From Eledone cirrhosa (taxonomy: Eukaryota), in assembly GCA_964016885.1 (NCBI GenBank), contig OZ024743.1, positions 213,280,001 to 213,344,000 of the forward strand: a stretch of 64,000 nt of DNA. Direction: 5' to 3'. Of the stretch, positions 37,777 through 50,905 are shown piece after piece; the stretch's first letter is position 1, and every line of letters begins with the position of its first letter. The position numbers were made by a program, and so were the translations under genes. The notes under the pieces were generated by a model. It searched no databases. It saw only the letters and a list, made by a program, of their open reading frames with translations, and had not been told where the DNA came from.

Positions 37777-40700
37777 TATGCACACACACACCCATATATA
37801 TGTGTGTGTTTGTTACCAAGACGTATGTAGTTGGCATAAAAATCTCACTTAATCAATATAATCATCAGAAACTATTACAGACCCATACTTCCAACAAGCG
37901 AAACCCAATATTCAGACACACCGAATCAAACATCACGCTCAACCACCAGAACACGAACTGACTCAACTGAGATACTACAATCACTCATTAATCTAATACA
38001 AACATATTGATCTGATACGTTATTGACCTGATACGTTCCAAGTAAATATGACTAGAAACATTGAATAATATGAAACAACCGAATATGAGCCGAATAAAGG
38101 GATCATTATGACAGTCTGAATCCAGAGTATGTTTTAAAGGAAAATTGTCTGGTATTTCTAGTATGTTGAGTAATCACATAGAACTTCCTCGCTGGCGTGA
38201 TTTGAAATGATTTCATAAGAGTGAAAACCGAACGAATATTTTGATCATAAATAAATGAAATGTTTGTGCCGATATAGTGGTGTAGCATAAAAATTACTCA
38301 CCTAGAGTTGTTTTAACGTTTATAAAAATAAGATAATATCAGTGAGAAAGATTCACGCATATATTAGATAGGTGGTGAATCGGTGTAAAAATAACATTTC
38401 CCTGGGTATGGCAATTCAATGATTGATCAAAGAAAAAAAACTGTATGAAGTCTTACTTGTAGAATAGATGATTGGATAAGGGATCAACATTGTGTGCGTC
38501 GATTTGTTTTATGTAGATTAAATAGATTGTTTTAGGTACAACTATATGCCATAGAATCAAGAGAAATAGCCCTTTAATAACTTCGTCAATCTCACACTTA
38601 CACTTATTAGAAAAGTGGAACGCAACCTTGGCGTAGTAGAAATTCAGAACAAAACGAACACGAATAAAAAACAATCTATTGAATATCGATAAACGCAGAA
38701 TGTGTTTTTACGTTTGATAGTCTACGATGTTCTTTTATTTTTAAATGTGTGATATTTATCTATATTTTCGGTATTGACTTATATGTTAACAGGACACTCT
38801 GAGGTTAGAAAGTGTATTGGTAAGTCACCGGTTTACTGAAAGCAAGGCATATCGAAGTAAAACATTCGTTCGTTTTTTCTCTCCTCTTTTATCGAATTCA
38901 AGTAGTATGTATATATATGTGTGTGTATGTGTGTGTATATATACAAGAAAGAAAATCTGTACAGATTTAAAATAACATGAAAAACATGTGTAAAAAAATA
39001 GATAGTCAGATAAAAATATATACATCTATTCACCAACATACCTAGTGTAAATTCGACTGCCCATATTATATACCTATTAATGTTGACATTGCTGGAGGGT
39101 TTTACTGATTTTAAGCCGTTATTCTATTTTAATTTTATATTTTCTTCTTCAACCTTCCCTTTACTTTGTTCTTATACAAGTAAAGCAACATAATAACAAA
39201 CACAAAATAATAATAAAAAAGAACAAACATCAGTGCATCTTTTAAGTAAATATAGTAAATGGATCCGAGGAAAAATACTTTTACACGAAAAATATCAAGA
39301 AGTAACTTTCTAATATTATTTATTGATTTATTAGTATTAGTATTAGCATTTTTTTTAAAGAATCAGAACAAGTAACTCTTAGTTAATGGATGCACTTAGG
39401 GTTTCTGCTTTAGAAAAGGATCATCACCAAAGAAGTCGATGGTATGTATATTCACCAAAAATTGTTCATTTCTCTTCCCTGTCCACCTCTAACACTGTTT
39501 CAAACACGTTCACCCATTAGCTCAAAAGCATTTACTAAGTTACACACCCTGACTAAATATATTACAACAAATGATAGTACTTTTTCACTTGAAGGAATGC
39601 TATACTACTTCTGTCTACATGCAGAAAAGATCATTTTTTAAAAAAGAAATGATATAACCAATTAAAAACAGCGCCAGTATGATGCTTGTATTGATGTTAT
39701 CGCCACTATAATGTTGTTACTTAAGCACGAAATTAATTTCAGTGGTATTTGAACTGTGAAATTATCCAAGAATATCCAGTCCAGTGAATGAGACAGCTTC
39801 TAGGTGTTCGCTAGGTCTGCTAGAAATGACAGCCAAATTTCCTTCACACCACTGCCAACAGTTGTTCTAGATTCAGTATGTCTGGAAAAAGACAGAAAGG
39901 ATATAGCTGAAATGTCTTTCATTATAAATCTGTGGGAGGATGGCAACAATTACAACAACAATTACCCTCGTTCTTTACATTTCATAAAATATACATTTCT
40001 TTGGCGAGAATAAATCAAGTCTAAGGTGGTAGAATCAGTATATTGCTGATATTTACTTTATATTGCCATACCATCAGAGAAAAGTGCCCCTTGTAGTATT
40101 AGTATTAGTGTGCAGTTTTCCGAGTAAATAGGCTTCTTGATAACCAGCCAAGAGGCAGTAGTTCTAATATTGTACAGATTTATGCAGTTGCAACAACGAA
40201 GCTTAACTCTCATGCAGCTAGCTCAGTTTATCTAGCTGTACTCATAAAGCTGTAAATATGTACGTATTATGGAGTATGAATAATTCTACCATGTATGTAG
40301 AAGTAATATTTTATAAGTTGACAAGAGTAATAAAAACTACAATAGTTTTTATTACTCTGGTCTAATTCCCCAAATAGAATATTATTCGAAAATGAATGAG
40401 TGCATCAAATCTGACTGAGGCAGATTACATGATATTGATCATTGGTAAAAAAAAAAGAAGAATTACGCCAAGCTAATCTCGGAAAAAGTTGGAAAATTAT
40501 GTTCACAAGACTATTTACCATTCAACATGTTGGAAGTGTTTACATTTCTTACGCCAGACTTCTATTAGTTCTTCAATTATCATTAAGCGGGTTATTTACC
40601 ATCTGATAGAAGAATCGTAACTGGTTGAGACCATTACCCAATAAACATTCGAGCATTGAGTCTACAGTTTGGATTGTGTAACGAGCATTGTTTATGTTTA

Positions 40701-40946
40701 TGATGGTCAGTAAATCATACTCGGAAAAGTGAGAACTACCAGGAAAAATGTTATATTTGCATAGTATAGCTAACTGAAGTAATCATTAAGACTTTTAAGT
40801 ACTTGTGAATGTTTCATTAGATTGGTCGTTACCGGGAATTAAATGGTTCTTGTTAGTTCGATCTGCATATTGATACAGTATGCGAAAGTGGTGTATATAT
40901 GTCCCGCTCTTCTATTTTACACAATAAGGGAAAAAGTGAGACATGC

Positions 40947-41010
<64 letters not shown>

Positions 41011-41013
<3 letters not shown>

Positions 41014-41076
41014 AAATTAATAAACATTCGTTGTACTGCCTCTCTGTTTTGTTCCTTTTCAAATTTTTCCATTATA
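41011..41076 (+). mobile_element. Solo Penelope pseudo-LTR tail
   Basis: Matches the reverse complement of 50782-50843; embedded in (TA)n. Confidence 0.65.
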
Positions 41077-41557
41077 TATATATATACATATATATACCTT
41101 TGGAGTAACATGTCATTCACACCGGGTTTTGGGTTAGAACGAAAGCCTGTTGAGAAAGTAAATTCCTCTGTTCGATCTTCCAGAAACCTAACTTGTATAC
41201 ACCACAAACGGATTTTGTTGATTTCGGATTTACAGAAACCTCACTTGGATATTCAGTAATTTCCAAGTGACGTTCCAGGTATGTTATATATACAGATATG
41301 TGCATATATGTATGTATGTATGTATATTTTTATATGTATATATATATGTGTGTGTGTATGTGTGTGTGTGTGTATTTCCTTTTCTCACTAGTCGGTTCTT
41401 TCGTTGCTACAGATCACGCGGCTAAGTTAGCGGTCGTTATTTTCAATTTGCAAAGCCCTTTAAACTGTATGTTATTACTCTGAGGTTTATTCCTTGTCGA
41501 GTGCTTGGCTCCACTGCTGAAGGCATTCGTTGGCTTGGCTGTTGAATATGCTGTACT

Positions 41558-41623
<66 letters not shown>

Positions 41624-42744
41624 CACACATCTTCATATAAGATTTTTACTTTGTCATATATATATATATATATGTTATATATATTTGTGTTATATATATA
41701 TATATATATATATACACGGGACACTGATTGCGGATTTGGTACGGGTGATCAGAAACGTGTCTCTCATGTGCAACCCCAAAAACTAGAGAGACACATACAA
41801 CACTTCAGCCACCGTATGCAGTTCTCTGGTTACAATCAGAGAGATAAAATCAGAGTATATAGAGGAGCCAGAACCAAATGGGAAAAAATGGTAAATAATG
41901 ATACAAATGGGACCTGCCCATTGAGGAGAACATTTTGAAATAGAATAGAAAGAACTAGGAATAAGGTTAATAGAATAAACTCATGTTATGATAGCAATAA
42001 ATACCAGAGTGTAATGTCCATCAATACAACCCCTAGAGGTGAATTAGCTTACAAATTTAGAAGGTCTCTAGATAAACATAAACTCAATATTAAGATAGTA
42101 GAAAGACCAGGTATCTCCATAAAAACACTTATTAGCAAACATACCCTTTTCAAAGACCTCCCTGTATAGATAAGAAATGTATAATCTGTAAACTAAGCCC
42201 CCATATTAACTGTAAAACTAGAAATGTAGTATATCGCATAAGATGTACTGAAGGACAATGTAGAGATAAGAATATAGTGTACATAGGTGAGACAGCTCGT
42301 AGTATAGGAGAACGGATAAATGAACACTGGCGAGAGCTTCAAGATAGTAAAGAATCATCTGTACTCCACCAACATGCTAAAATAGAACATAAGGGTAAAT
42401 TAGAAAACATAGAAATAAAAATAGAATCTACACACAGAAAGACGCAATGTTTAGACAAATCACAGAGGCAATAAACATAAATGAACTCCAACCAAAATTA
42501 AATAGAAAACATGAATGGAATAGCAACATCACAACTTACAATTAAGGACAAAATGAAAACACACACACCCATAGAACAAACAACCAACCAGTAACATGTA
42601 CATAAACAAATAAATAAACAAATATAAACACACACAGACACCCGGATGTAACACATACGCAAACTAAGCACAAAACACACACACAAACAAGATGGCGTAG
42701 GACAGAACAAAGGAGAGGCACAAAAACAAAGAAAAGAATCTCCA

Positions 42745-42787
42745 ATCACTGAAGATGTCACAGAATGTGTGAGGAAAGAACTTTGAC
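42745..42787 (+). ncRNA. Minimal type I hammerhead (upstream pseudo-LTR)
   Basis: TCA-CTGAAGA..TCACA/TGTGA..GAAA-GAAC-TT-TGA. Confidence 0.6.
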
Positions 42788-42920
42788 AATATATGAACAA
42801 CAATCGTCTGGTTGTGGAAGCAACCAGCCAACCGGAAATTTATAAATTCCTAAATTTATCAATTTAATTTATAATAAATTGAAGTGAAAGCAACTGGTGC
42901 GTGTGTTTCTTATTGGCAAC

Positions 42921-45900
42921 ATGACCCTCCCAAAGCATAACAACATCGGTTTCAACACACATTTTCAGATAAAGAATGTTGCTAAACAAATTCAGAAACG
43001 AAATATCGTAAGCCTTAGCCAGGCTAATAAGATACTGAAAACCACCATGTTCTGTTGTCTACGAAAAACAATAACATCTCGACAACTACACTTCATAAAA
43101 GAATGTGCCTCGTTCCGAGTTTACACCAACACCATCAACACCGATGTAAGAAGATTACAACTCACCAAAAAGCAAGCAGATAGGCTAAAACGAACACTAA
43201 TTCTAAACATAAAAAAGAAGATTTACAGAGAATTAAGTCATCAAGAAAAACATAAGCGTAATCTAATACAAGAAATAACTAAGATCACCACACCAAGAGA
43301 AAAATTAATATTTATAAACCTTACATGTCTTGAAGAAAAGTACATTGTTCAAGAATGTGACAAGCACTTTAACAAAAAACTAAGGTGGCTCAAATAAATG
43401 AAACTAAATGAAGATACTTTAAAGAATATCGATAGATTTCCTGACAAAATTGACGGTATAAATATGGCCGACATATCATTAACAGATGAATTCAACAACA
43501 ACAACAACACAAATATATACGGCAACACTACAGTCGACTCTGATGGATTATCGATATTACAGCTACCACCTAAATATGCCACATATAATAAGGTAAATAT
43601 GATAAAATGCTTGTCAGAAATAGAAAAATCATTTACAAAATTAAGTTGGCGCCTCAAAAACCAAAACAAAAACAAAAGTAACAACATACGCACACACACA
43701 CACACACACATACAACACACATTCCAACAACAACAACAACACCAACAGACACACAGACACAAACAACAATAACGACACACACAACAATAATAACATACAC
43801 GGAGACAACAACAACAACAACACACATCAACAACAGCACACATCAACAACAACAACAACAACACACACACATTCAATGCCTCTCAGCACCACCACAATCT
43901 TAAACACACAGACACAGAAAACAGGTAATGACAGTAACACAGAAATAAGGGAAGGTAATAGGATTGAAAGGAGAAGGGAGACTATCGATACTGACAGAGA
44001 AAATAACCAGGACCAACACACAGACACACAAAATAGTGTAGATAATAACAATGAGCCAGAGGAAAGAGACAGGAGTAATAATGAGAGACATAGAAACAAC
44101 CATGAGGCTGTTGGTGGAAATAGAAATAGAAACAACACAACTAACAATAACAATAACAATAGTACACATAAAGCAGCAGCCTGAAGCTCTACTTTTTATA
44201 ATCCTTCCGAGATGTCCTTCGACCTACGACGAGTCCACGCCACGACTTTAACTTTTAACAAACGCACGCAATTGCCGTCGCAGGTCGATGAACAAACAGA
44301 AGCACAATTTAGTATAGCTAGATCTAAACTTAGAAATATTATAGAACAGTATAGCAAGAAGCATAATAGAATGGAGGCCCAGCAACTGGTAGAAAAATCT
44401 GCAAATGGCTTGCATAAGCTCATGCAGCGCTCGCGTAATGGAGAGATTGCATGCTTTCCAACAGACAAGTCTGGCAGAATGTCGGTTGACAGTCTGTCAA
44501 ACTACATCCAGGCAATGCAACCCCACATCACTAACACAAGAGAAGTAACACCGCAAGAGTATGAGGATAGGGAAAAAACCCTCAATGCCCATATGAGGAT
44601 GTGGACAAACATAATGCAGCCCAACAAAAGGACTGCCAACAACTTCCAGGCCTGGAACAATGACGTGCCAGCATTGTATGGGCTTCGTAAATACCATAAA
44701 ACGAGCACTGACCCTGTCACAGGACCACCAACACGGCTAGTCTGTGGAGCTAACATTGCTAGTAACTACAGACCTTCCTATTTCCTCTCCCTGATCATAC
44801 GCCCCATCATTGAAATGCCCCAGATATATGTGACAACACGGAGGACCTCCTCAGCAGAATCAGCGAAGGTAACCGATCTAGGGACCTAACAAACTGCATA
44901 ATAGGTAGTATGGATGTTGTGTCCCTATATCCATCTATTGACGTGGATTTTGCTGTGGAGAAATGCGTAGAAATGATCAGTGAGAGCAATGTTGAATTCC
45001 GTGGGATTGATACCTGGTGAGCTGGGACTCCTACTTAAACTTACCCATAGTAATGATTATCTAGATACATATTACCTTAGTAACCTGTGCCCTACAAGAC
45101 CAGCAAGAGGCAGACCACCTACCATTACCCCAATGGCCAAGAAAACCCACACAGATAGATGGAACGGGTGGACCAGAGCCATACGGACCCCCGAAAACCA
45201 CGATGAACTAAAGAAAATGATTGCACATGCGGTGGGGGCCAGTATAAAATTAACCCTTAAGGAACATATGTTCAAATTTAATGGAAAAACATATGCCCAA
45301 GAGGAGGGAGCAGCCATTGGTGTTAGCATTGCAGATGACATAGCTAACCTATTCATGGTATGGTGGGACAATAGACTTAAACTTAAACTTAAAGAACAAT
45401 TAGAAGACAGCAACCCCTTAACCCTGATAATGTACTCCCGCTACGTTGATGATATAAACATCGTAGTAAAAACACCCCCACTAGAGAACAGTCAGGAATT
45501 AGAGAAAAACATCATGGAAAGCATCCAGCAAATAGCTAACTACATCCACCAGAGTATTAGAGTTACAATAGACTACCCAAGCAAACACCCCAACCATCGA
45601 TTACCTGTAATAGACACAGAGCTCTGGTTAGATACCATTAATAACAAAAAACAAACCCTCAATTCCCATTATGCCAAACCCATGACTTACAAATATCTGA
45701 TCCACCGAAACTCAGCTGTTTCGGACCATAGCAAAATCAATATACTGATTGCAGATTTGGTACGGGTGATGAGAAACGTGTCCCGCATGTGTAACCCCAA
45801 AGAACTAGAGAGGCACATACAACACTTCATCCACCGTGTGCAGTTCTCTGGTTACAAACAGAGAGATAAAATCAGAGTATATAGAGGAACCAAAACCAAA

Positions 45901-46568
45901 TGGGAAAAAATGGTAAATAATGATACAAATGGGACCTGCCCCTTGAGGAGAACATTTTGGAATAGAATAGAAATAACTAGGAATAAGGTTAATAGAATAA
46001 ACTCATGGTATGATAGCAATAAATACCAGAGTGTAATGTTCATCAATACAACTCCTAGAGGTGAATTAGCTTACAAATTTAGAAGGGCTCTAGATAAACA
46101 TAAACTCAATATTAAGATAGTAGAAAGACCAGGTATCTCCATAAAAACACTTATTAGCAAACATACCCTTTTCAAAGACCTCCCTGTATAGATAAGAAAT
46201 GTATAATCTGTAAACTAAGCCCCCATATTAACTGTAAAACTAGAAATGTAGTATATCGCATAAGATGTACTGAAGGACAATGTAGAGATAAGAATATAGT
46301 GTACATAGGTGAGACAGCTCGTAGTATAGGAGAACGGATAAATGAACACTGGCGAGAGCTTCAAGATAGTAAAGAATCATCTGTACTCCACCAACATGCT
46401 AAAATAGAACATAAGGGTAAATTAGAGAACATAGAAATAAAAATAGAATCTACAGACAGAAAAGACGCAATGTTTAGACAAATCACAGAGGCAATAAACA
46501 TAAATGAACTCCAACCAAAATTAAATGGAAAACATGAATGGAATAGCAACATCACAACTTACAATTAA
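42921..46568 (+). pseudogene. Penelope-like ORF (RT + C-terminal GIY-YIG endonuclease), disrupted
   Basis: PTDKSG, GSMDVVSLYPSI, QEEGAAIG, YSRYVDDI, NVVYRIRC...YIGETARSIGERINEH; several stops and frameshifts; the ATG lies in the pseudo-LTR tail. Confidence 0.9.
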
Positions 46569-46767
46569 GGACAAAATGAAAACACACACGCACATAGAAC
46601 AAACAACCAATCAGTAACATGTAAATAAACAAATAAATAAACAAATATAAACACACACAGACACCCGGATGTAACGCATGCGCAAACTAAGCACACAACA
46701 CACACACAAACAAGATGGCGTAGGATAGAACAAAGGAGAGGAACAAAAACAAAGAAAAGAATCCCCA

Positions 46768-46810
46768 GTCACTGAAGAGGTCACAGAATGTGTGAGGAAA
46801 GAACTTTGAC
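46768..46810 (+). ncRNA. Minimal type I hammerhead (downstream pseudo-LTR)
   Basis: GTCA-CTGAAGA..TCACA/TGTGA..GAAA-GAAC-TT-TGAC. Confidence 0.65.
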
Positions 46811-46961
46811 AATATATGAACAACAATCGTCTGGTTGTGGAAGCAACGAACCAACCGGATATTTATAAATTCCTAAATTTATCAATTTAATTTATAATAA
46901 ATTGAAGTGAAAGCAACTGGTGCGTGTGTTTCTTATTGGCAACACGACTCTCCCAAAGCAT

Positions 46962-47027
<66 letters not shown>

Positions 47028-47914
47028 ATCAATATGATCAACCCTCCGAAACGATCATAAAACAATGATATGAATAGGTAAAATAACTCGACTTTGTTGT
47101 TATTATTTTCATTGTTAAATAAATACCTAATATCTGACTCTGTTTCTAAGGAATTAATTCAGCGGAACTCGGAACTCTATGGATTTTATTGGATTACTCG
47201 CCATCAGAATAAATTGTTCTATCTATGGTACGGACCCTGCAACGAAAGGTAGACCACATTGAAAAACATATATATATTGCCCAACGGTTACGTGATCACC
47301 CGCAATCTGTGGAACTTTGCAGCGAAGAGTAATCTTAGTAATGTAGTTAATATATGTTATTCTATACTGAGCACTCTGTTAACCCAAATAAATGGATATT
47401 CATACAAACATATATACACCTAAATGTAAATATATATATATATATAAATATATATATACATACATATATCTGTGAGAAATTGACTCCTTTTTACCCAATA
47501 TCTAACAACATGGTGATATAATTTGAAGCATCGTAGAAGCAAGTATCCTGTTTGGAAGCACTGGTCAAATAACTCATAACCACTCAACTCAGCTACTTCC
47601 ATTTGGCATACGCTGCTAATGATAGACACACACACGCGTGTGCACACAGAGAATGACACACACGAATATATACACACATTACTTCATACATACACAAACC
47701 AAAAAGAGAACCCCGATGAGACCTCTCGTCCCGATAGTGACAGCAACTAAATCTCCCTCAAATAATAGCCTATACCCTATTGTAGGTGTAGGGGCACTGT
47801 AGTGCTTTTTGTTTATATTTAAAATCTAGCGGAACCCATCCCCTCTCCAGGTCTATTTTTTCCAAAGAAGCAAGAGGGTTAGAGAGAAGTGAGAAAGAGA
47901 TACAGAAGAAGAAA

Positions 47915-48069
47915 TGACCTCGGTATTCTACTGGTACATTTTATCGAACTCGAAAGGATGAAAGGCAATCGTGACCTTGGCGGGATTTGTACTCACTGTG
48001 TAGAGAACTGGAACAAATACCGCAAAGCAATTCATCCGACGTTTTAACGACTCTGTCAATTCGACGCCT
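47915..48069 (-). mobile_element. SINE, family A
   Basis: TTTATCGA...AAGGATGAAAGGC...GGCGGGATTTG shared with other copies. Confidence 0.8.
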
Positions 48070-48831
48070 CAAACTTATAAAAGAAACCTTGAATAATGTG
48101 ATTTTGAATTCTCTGATCATAGGAATGCCATTGATGATTGGTCTGCTTGATCAAGGCTAACCTGGGGCTATATTCCAACAACAGAAACAGCTACTCTACC
48201 AACAAAGAGCATATCTCATGCAGCGAAGCAAAGGCTTTATAGAATCATCCATAACAGCACCACCATCATCAACAATTTGTAGCTTTGTATGAAGAATTTC
48301 AACAATATTGTTCACGCCTCTGTTGACCTGAGTACTAAATATGGTTCGTGAGAACAAAGGTCTTCTTCCTGAGAACCTTCCAGATTGAAATTATTCTAGA
48401 GACATTATTCACCTGAATAGCATTCGGATTCTATTGAGATCATTATGCATTCATCAGATGGATGGATGTTTAATGTTATGTGTCCTTAATTTTCTTTCTT
48501 TCAGTCTTTCTTTCTTTCTTTCTTTCTATTTATTTAGTCAATTATTTATTTTCATTATTTATTGTTTTTATTTGTTAACCTCTCTCTATCTCCCATGTTT
48601 AACCTCTCTCTATCTCCCATGTTTAATGAAAAGAGGCAACTCGTCAACATTTATATCACACTGGGAAAACAGCCACGAATTAAAAATAAAGACCACACAT
48701 AATACAATCAAATTAATAAATTATTATATAATAAATGAAATCAATAAATACATAATATTAACAAATAATGAGTCAATAATAATTAAATACGTCATATTTA
48801 TAAGTAATGTATTAAGAAGTTATTATTATTA

Positions 48832-49208
48832 TGGAAGAGCGGCCCTTTACGTTCTGAATTCAAATGCCTTCGAGATTAGCTTTGCCGTTCATCCTTAGGA
48901 GATCAATAAAATAGAGCAGCAGTAATGAACTAGGGTCGATTTAATCGACTTCCACTTCTCCAAATTGATGGCCTTGTGCCAAATGTAAAAAAAATTATTA
49001 TTATGGTAGAGCGCCAGGCAACATGCTTTGTGGCATAGAGTTATGGCCCTTTACATTTTGAATTCAAATCCCACCGAGGTTAGCTTTGCCTTTCATCCTT
49101 ACAGGGTCGATGAATAAAGCACCAGTAATGCACTGGGGTCGATTTAATCGACTTTCCCTTGCCCCAAATTGCTGGCCTTGTGCCTAAAGTAGAAACAATT
49201 ATTATTAT
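48832..49208 (+). mobile_element. Two tandem 5'-truncated SINE family A copies with (ATT)n tails
   Basis: 48832-48992 and 49004-49208 are direct repeats ending GGCCTTGTGCC.AA.GTA.AAA. Confidence 0.85.
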
Positions 49209-49221
49209 CTTTGTTGCTGTA

Positions 49222-49905
49222 TATCTTGAGACATGAAACACATCGCTCCGTAAGTTTGTTCTATTTTCACACAATTATTCAACCTATCGTATTGTAATTT
49301 TGTTACTGTTTTGCAGTTACACAAACCAGTATCTTCGTGAGTTGGTTAGGTTAGATCTACCTGTAGTCCTTAAGGGATAAACGTGTGTTTATTTATCAAA
49401 CACGCCCCTCAATCTTTTGTGGAAATTAAGATGGCGGAAAAGATTGCTGGTTGTCCATGCACTGGAACAACCAAAATTCACAAAATAATTACAGCAGCAG
49501 CAACATCAGTATCCACAGCATCAACAACAACAACAGCACCAGTAGCAACAGTAACAGTAACAACAACAGCAGTGGCGAACGGAATAGACTTTCCACCACT
49601 GCCAATGTCTACGATTAAGAACGCTGCCGCCGTTACCGCAACGACAGTAGGAACCCCCCCCAACCCAACATTACTAACATCACCAGCGCCACCATCAATG
49701 AAAGAAAAAACAAAAATAACACTAACACAGACGACAGCGGCAGCAGAAATGACAACTACATGACCAACAATAAAAAAATAACATCACCATTATAAGCAAC
49801 ATGACCAACAATAACAGAAACAACAACAGCATGAACAAAATATGGAGGTTGAACCACCTGATCTCCAAAAGCACTCGGGGTGTAAGTAGCCCCATTTTCT
49901 CTTGA
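49222..49905 (+). mobile_element. Tx1-like 5' remnant (5'UTR, ORF1 start and ORF1 end)
   Basis: TATC then CACATCGCTCCG like the copy 4 5' end; ATGGCGGAAAAGAT start; MEVEPPD...GTAAGT..TTTTCTCTT like the ORF1 end of copy 1. Confidence 0.55.
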
Positions 49906-49910
49906 CTTAC

Positions 49911-50149
49911 CAGTTATGCTGGCAATAAAAACACAAACACTTGTTGGTTTTCACAGCTCACAAAAAACAAGATGGTGTAGGAAAGAACAAAGGAGAGACA
50001 CAAAATAACAACAAAAGTAGCCACTGATTGGGTTAATAACTAAACAACGACTCGGTTACTAAAGGAACCGACTGGGAATTTATAATAAATTGAAGTGAAT
50101 ACCAACAGATGCGTGTGTTTTTATTGGCAACATGACTCTCCCAAAGTAT

Positions 50150-50155
<6 letters not shown>
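49911..50155 (+). mobile_element. Penelope pseudo-LTR remnant related to 41723-46966, with inverted tail piece
   Basis: TTTATAATAAATTGAAGTGAA...CTCCCAAAGTATAACAA matches 46891-46965; 49911-49955 is its inverted copy. Confidence 0.75.
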
Positions 50156-50216
<61 letters not shown>

Positions 50217-50247
50217 CACACACACATACACACATATGTATATATAT

Positions 50248-50439
50248 GAGTACCGGGTTCAATCAGGGGTAACCACAGTAAGTAAGGTACTCAATACATT
50301 AGAGAGTGTATACAACAACATTTAATATAGAAATAGCTTCTACAGGACTAGAACTGTTTCATTCGAAGAAAATCATAAGAAAAGCTCTAGATGATTTTCT
50401 TCGAATGAAACAGTTCTAGTCCTGTAGAAGCCATTTCTA

Positions 50440-50441
<2 letters not shown>
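50248..50441. mobile_element. Fold-back pseudo-LTR mini-element with two degenerate hammerheads
   Basis: Palindrome 50327-50440 plus a one-sided tail. Confidence 0.7.
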
Positions 50442-50500
<59 letters not shown>

Positions 50501-50517
50501 AATATATATATATATAT

Positions 50518-50702
50518 AAGGTAAGTTATTCCGGGTAGAATCGGAGGTAACCACAGTAAGTAAGGTACTCAATACATAGGTGAGTATAACAGTTTTAATA
50601 TAGATGAGATTCTACAGGACTAGAACTGTTTCATTCTTTAGAAATCAGCAGATTTCTGATGATTTCTAAAGAATGAAACAGTTCTAGTCCTGTAGAATCT
50701 CA

Positions 50703-50708
<6 letters not shown>
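50518..50708. mobile_element. Fold-back pseudo-LTR mini-element
   Basis: Palindrome ~50598-50710 plus a one-sided tail. Confidence 0.75.
50650..50700 (+). ncRNA. Type I hammerhead with intact core
   Basis: AGATTT-CTGATGA(50656-62)-T-TTCT/AGAA-T-GAAA(50675-78)-CAG/CTG-TA-GAATCT. Confidence 0.8.
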
Positions 50709-50786
<78 letters not shown>

Positions 50787-50871
50787 GAAAAATTGAACAG
50801 GGACAGAACAGAGAGGCAGTACGATAAATGTTTATTAAATTCACGCTCAGGAGAGTGGGGGGTAGGTGGGG

Positions 50872-50905
50872 GACGACGTTTCGAGCATAAGCCCTTCTTC
50901 AGGTG
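50872..50905 (-). ncRNA. Minimal Penelope-type hammerhead
   Basis: Minus strand: CTGAAGA-AGGGCTTATGCTC-GAAACGTC; palindromic ACGT stem III; weak stem I. Confidence 0.6.

Larger units (their letters stand above)
41723..46966 (+). mobile_element. Penelope-like retrotransposon, partial tandem (5'-truncated copy plus full-length copy)
   Basis: 41723-42942 duplicates 45744-46965; RT and GIY-YIG motifs; a hammerhead in each pseudo-LTR; (TA)n at both ends. Confidence 0.93.

Noticed and set aside
40440-40780. Possible decayed mariner transposase C-terminus (similar hint at 63420-63640)
   Set aside because: Similarity is too faint to support without a profile search.
41234-41276. GAAAC followed by a 12-bp hairpin resembling hammerhead stem III
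   Set aside because: No CUGAnGA with a matching stem I nearby.
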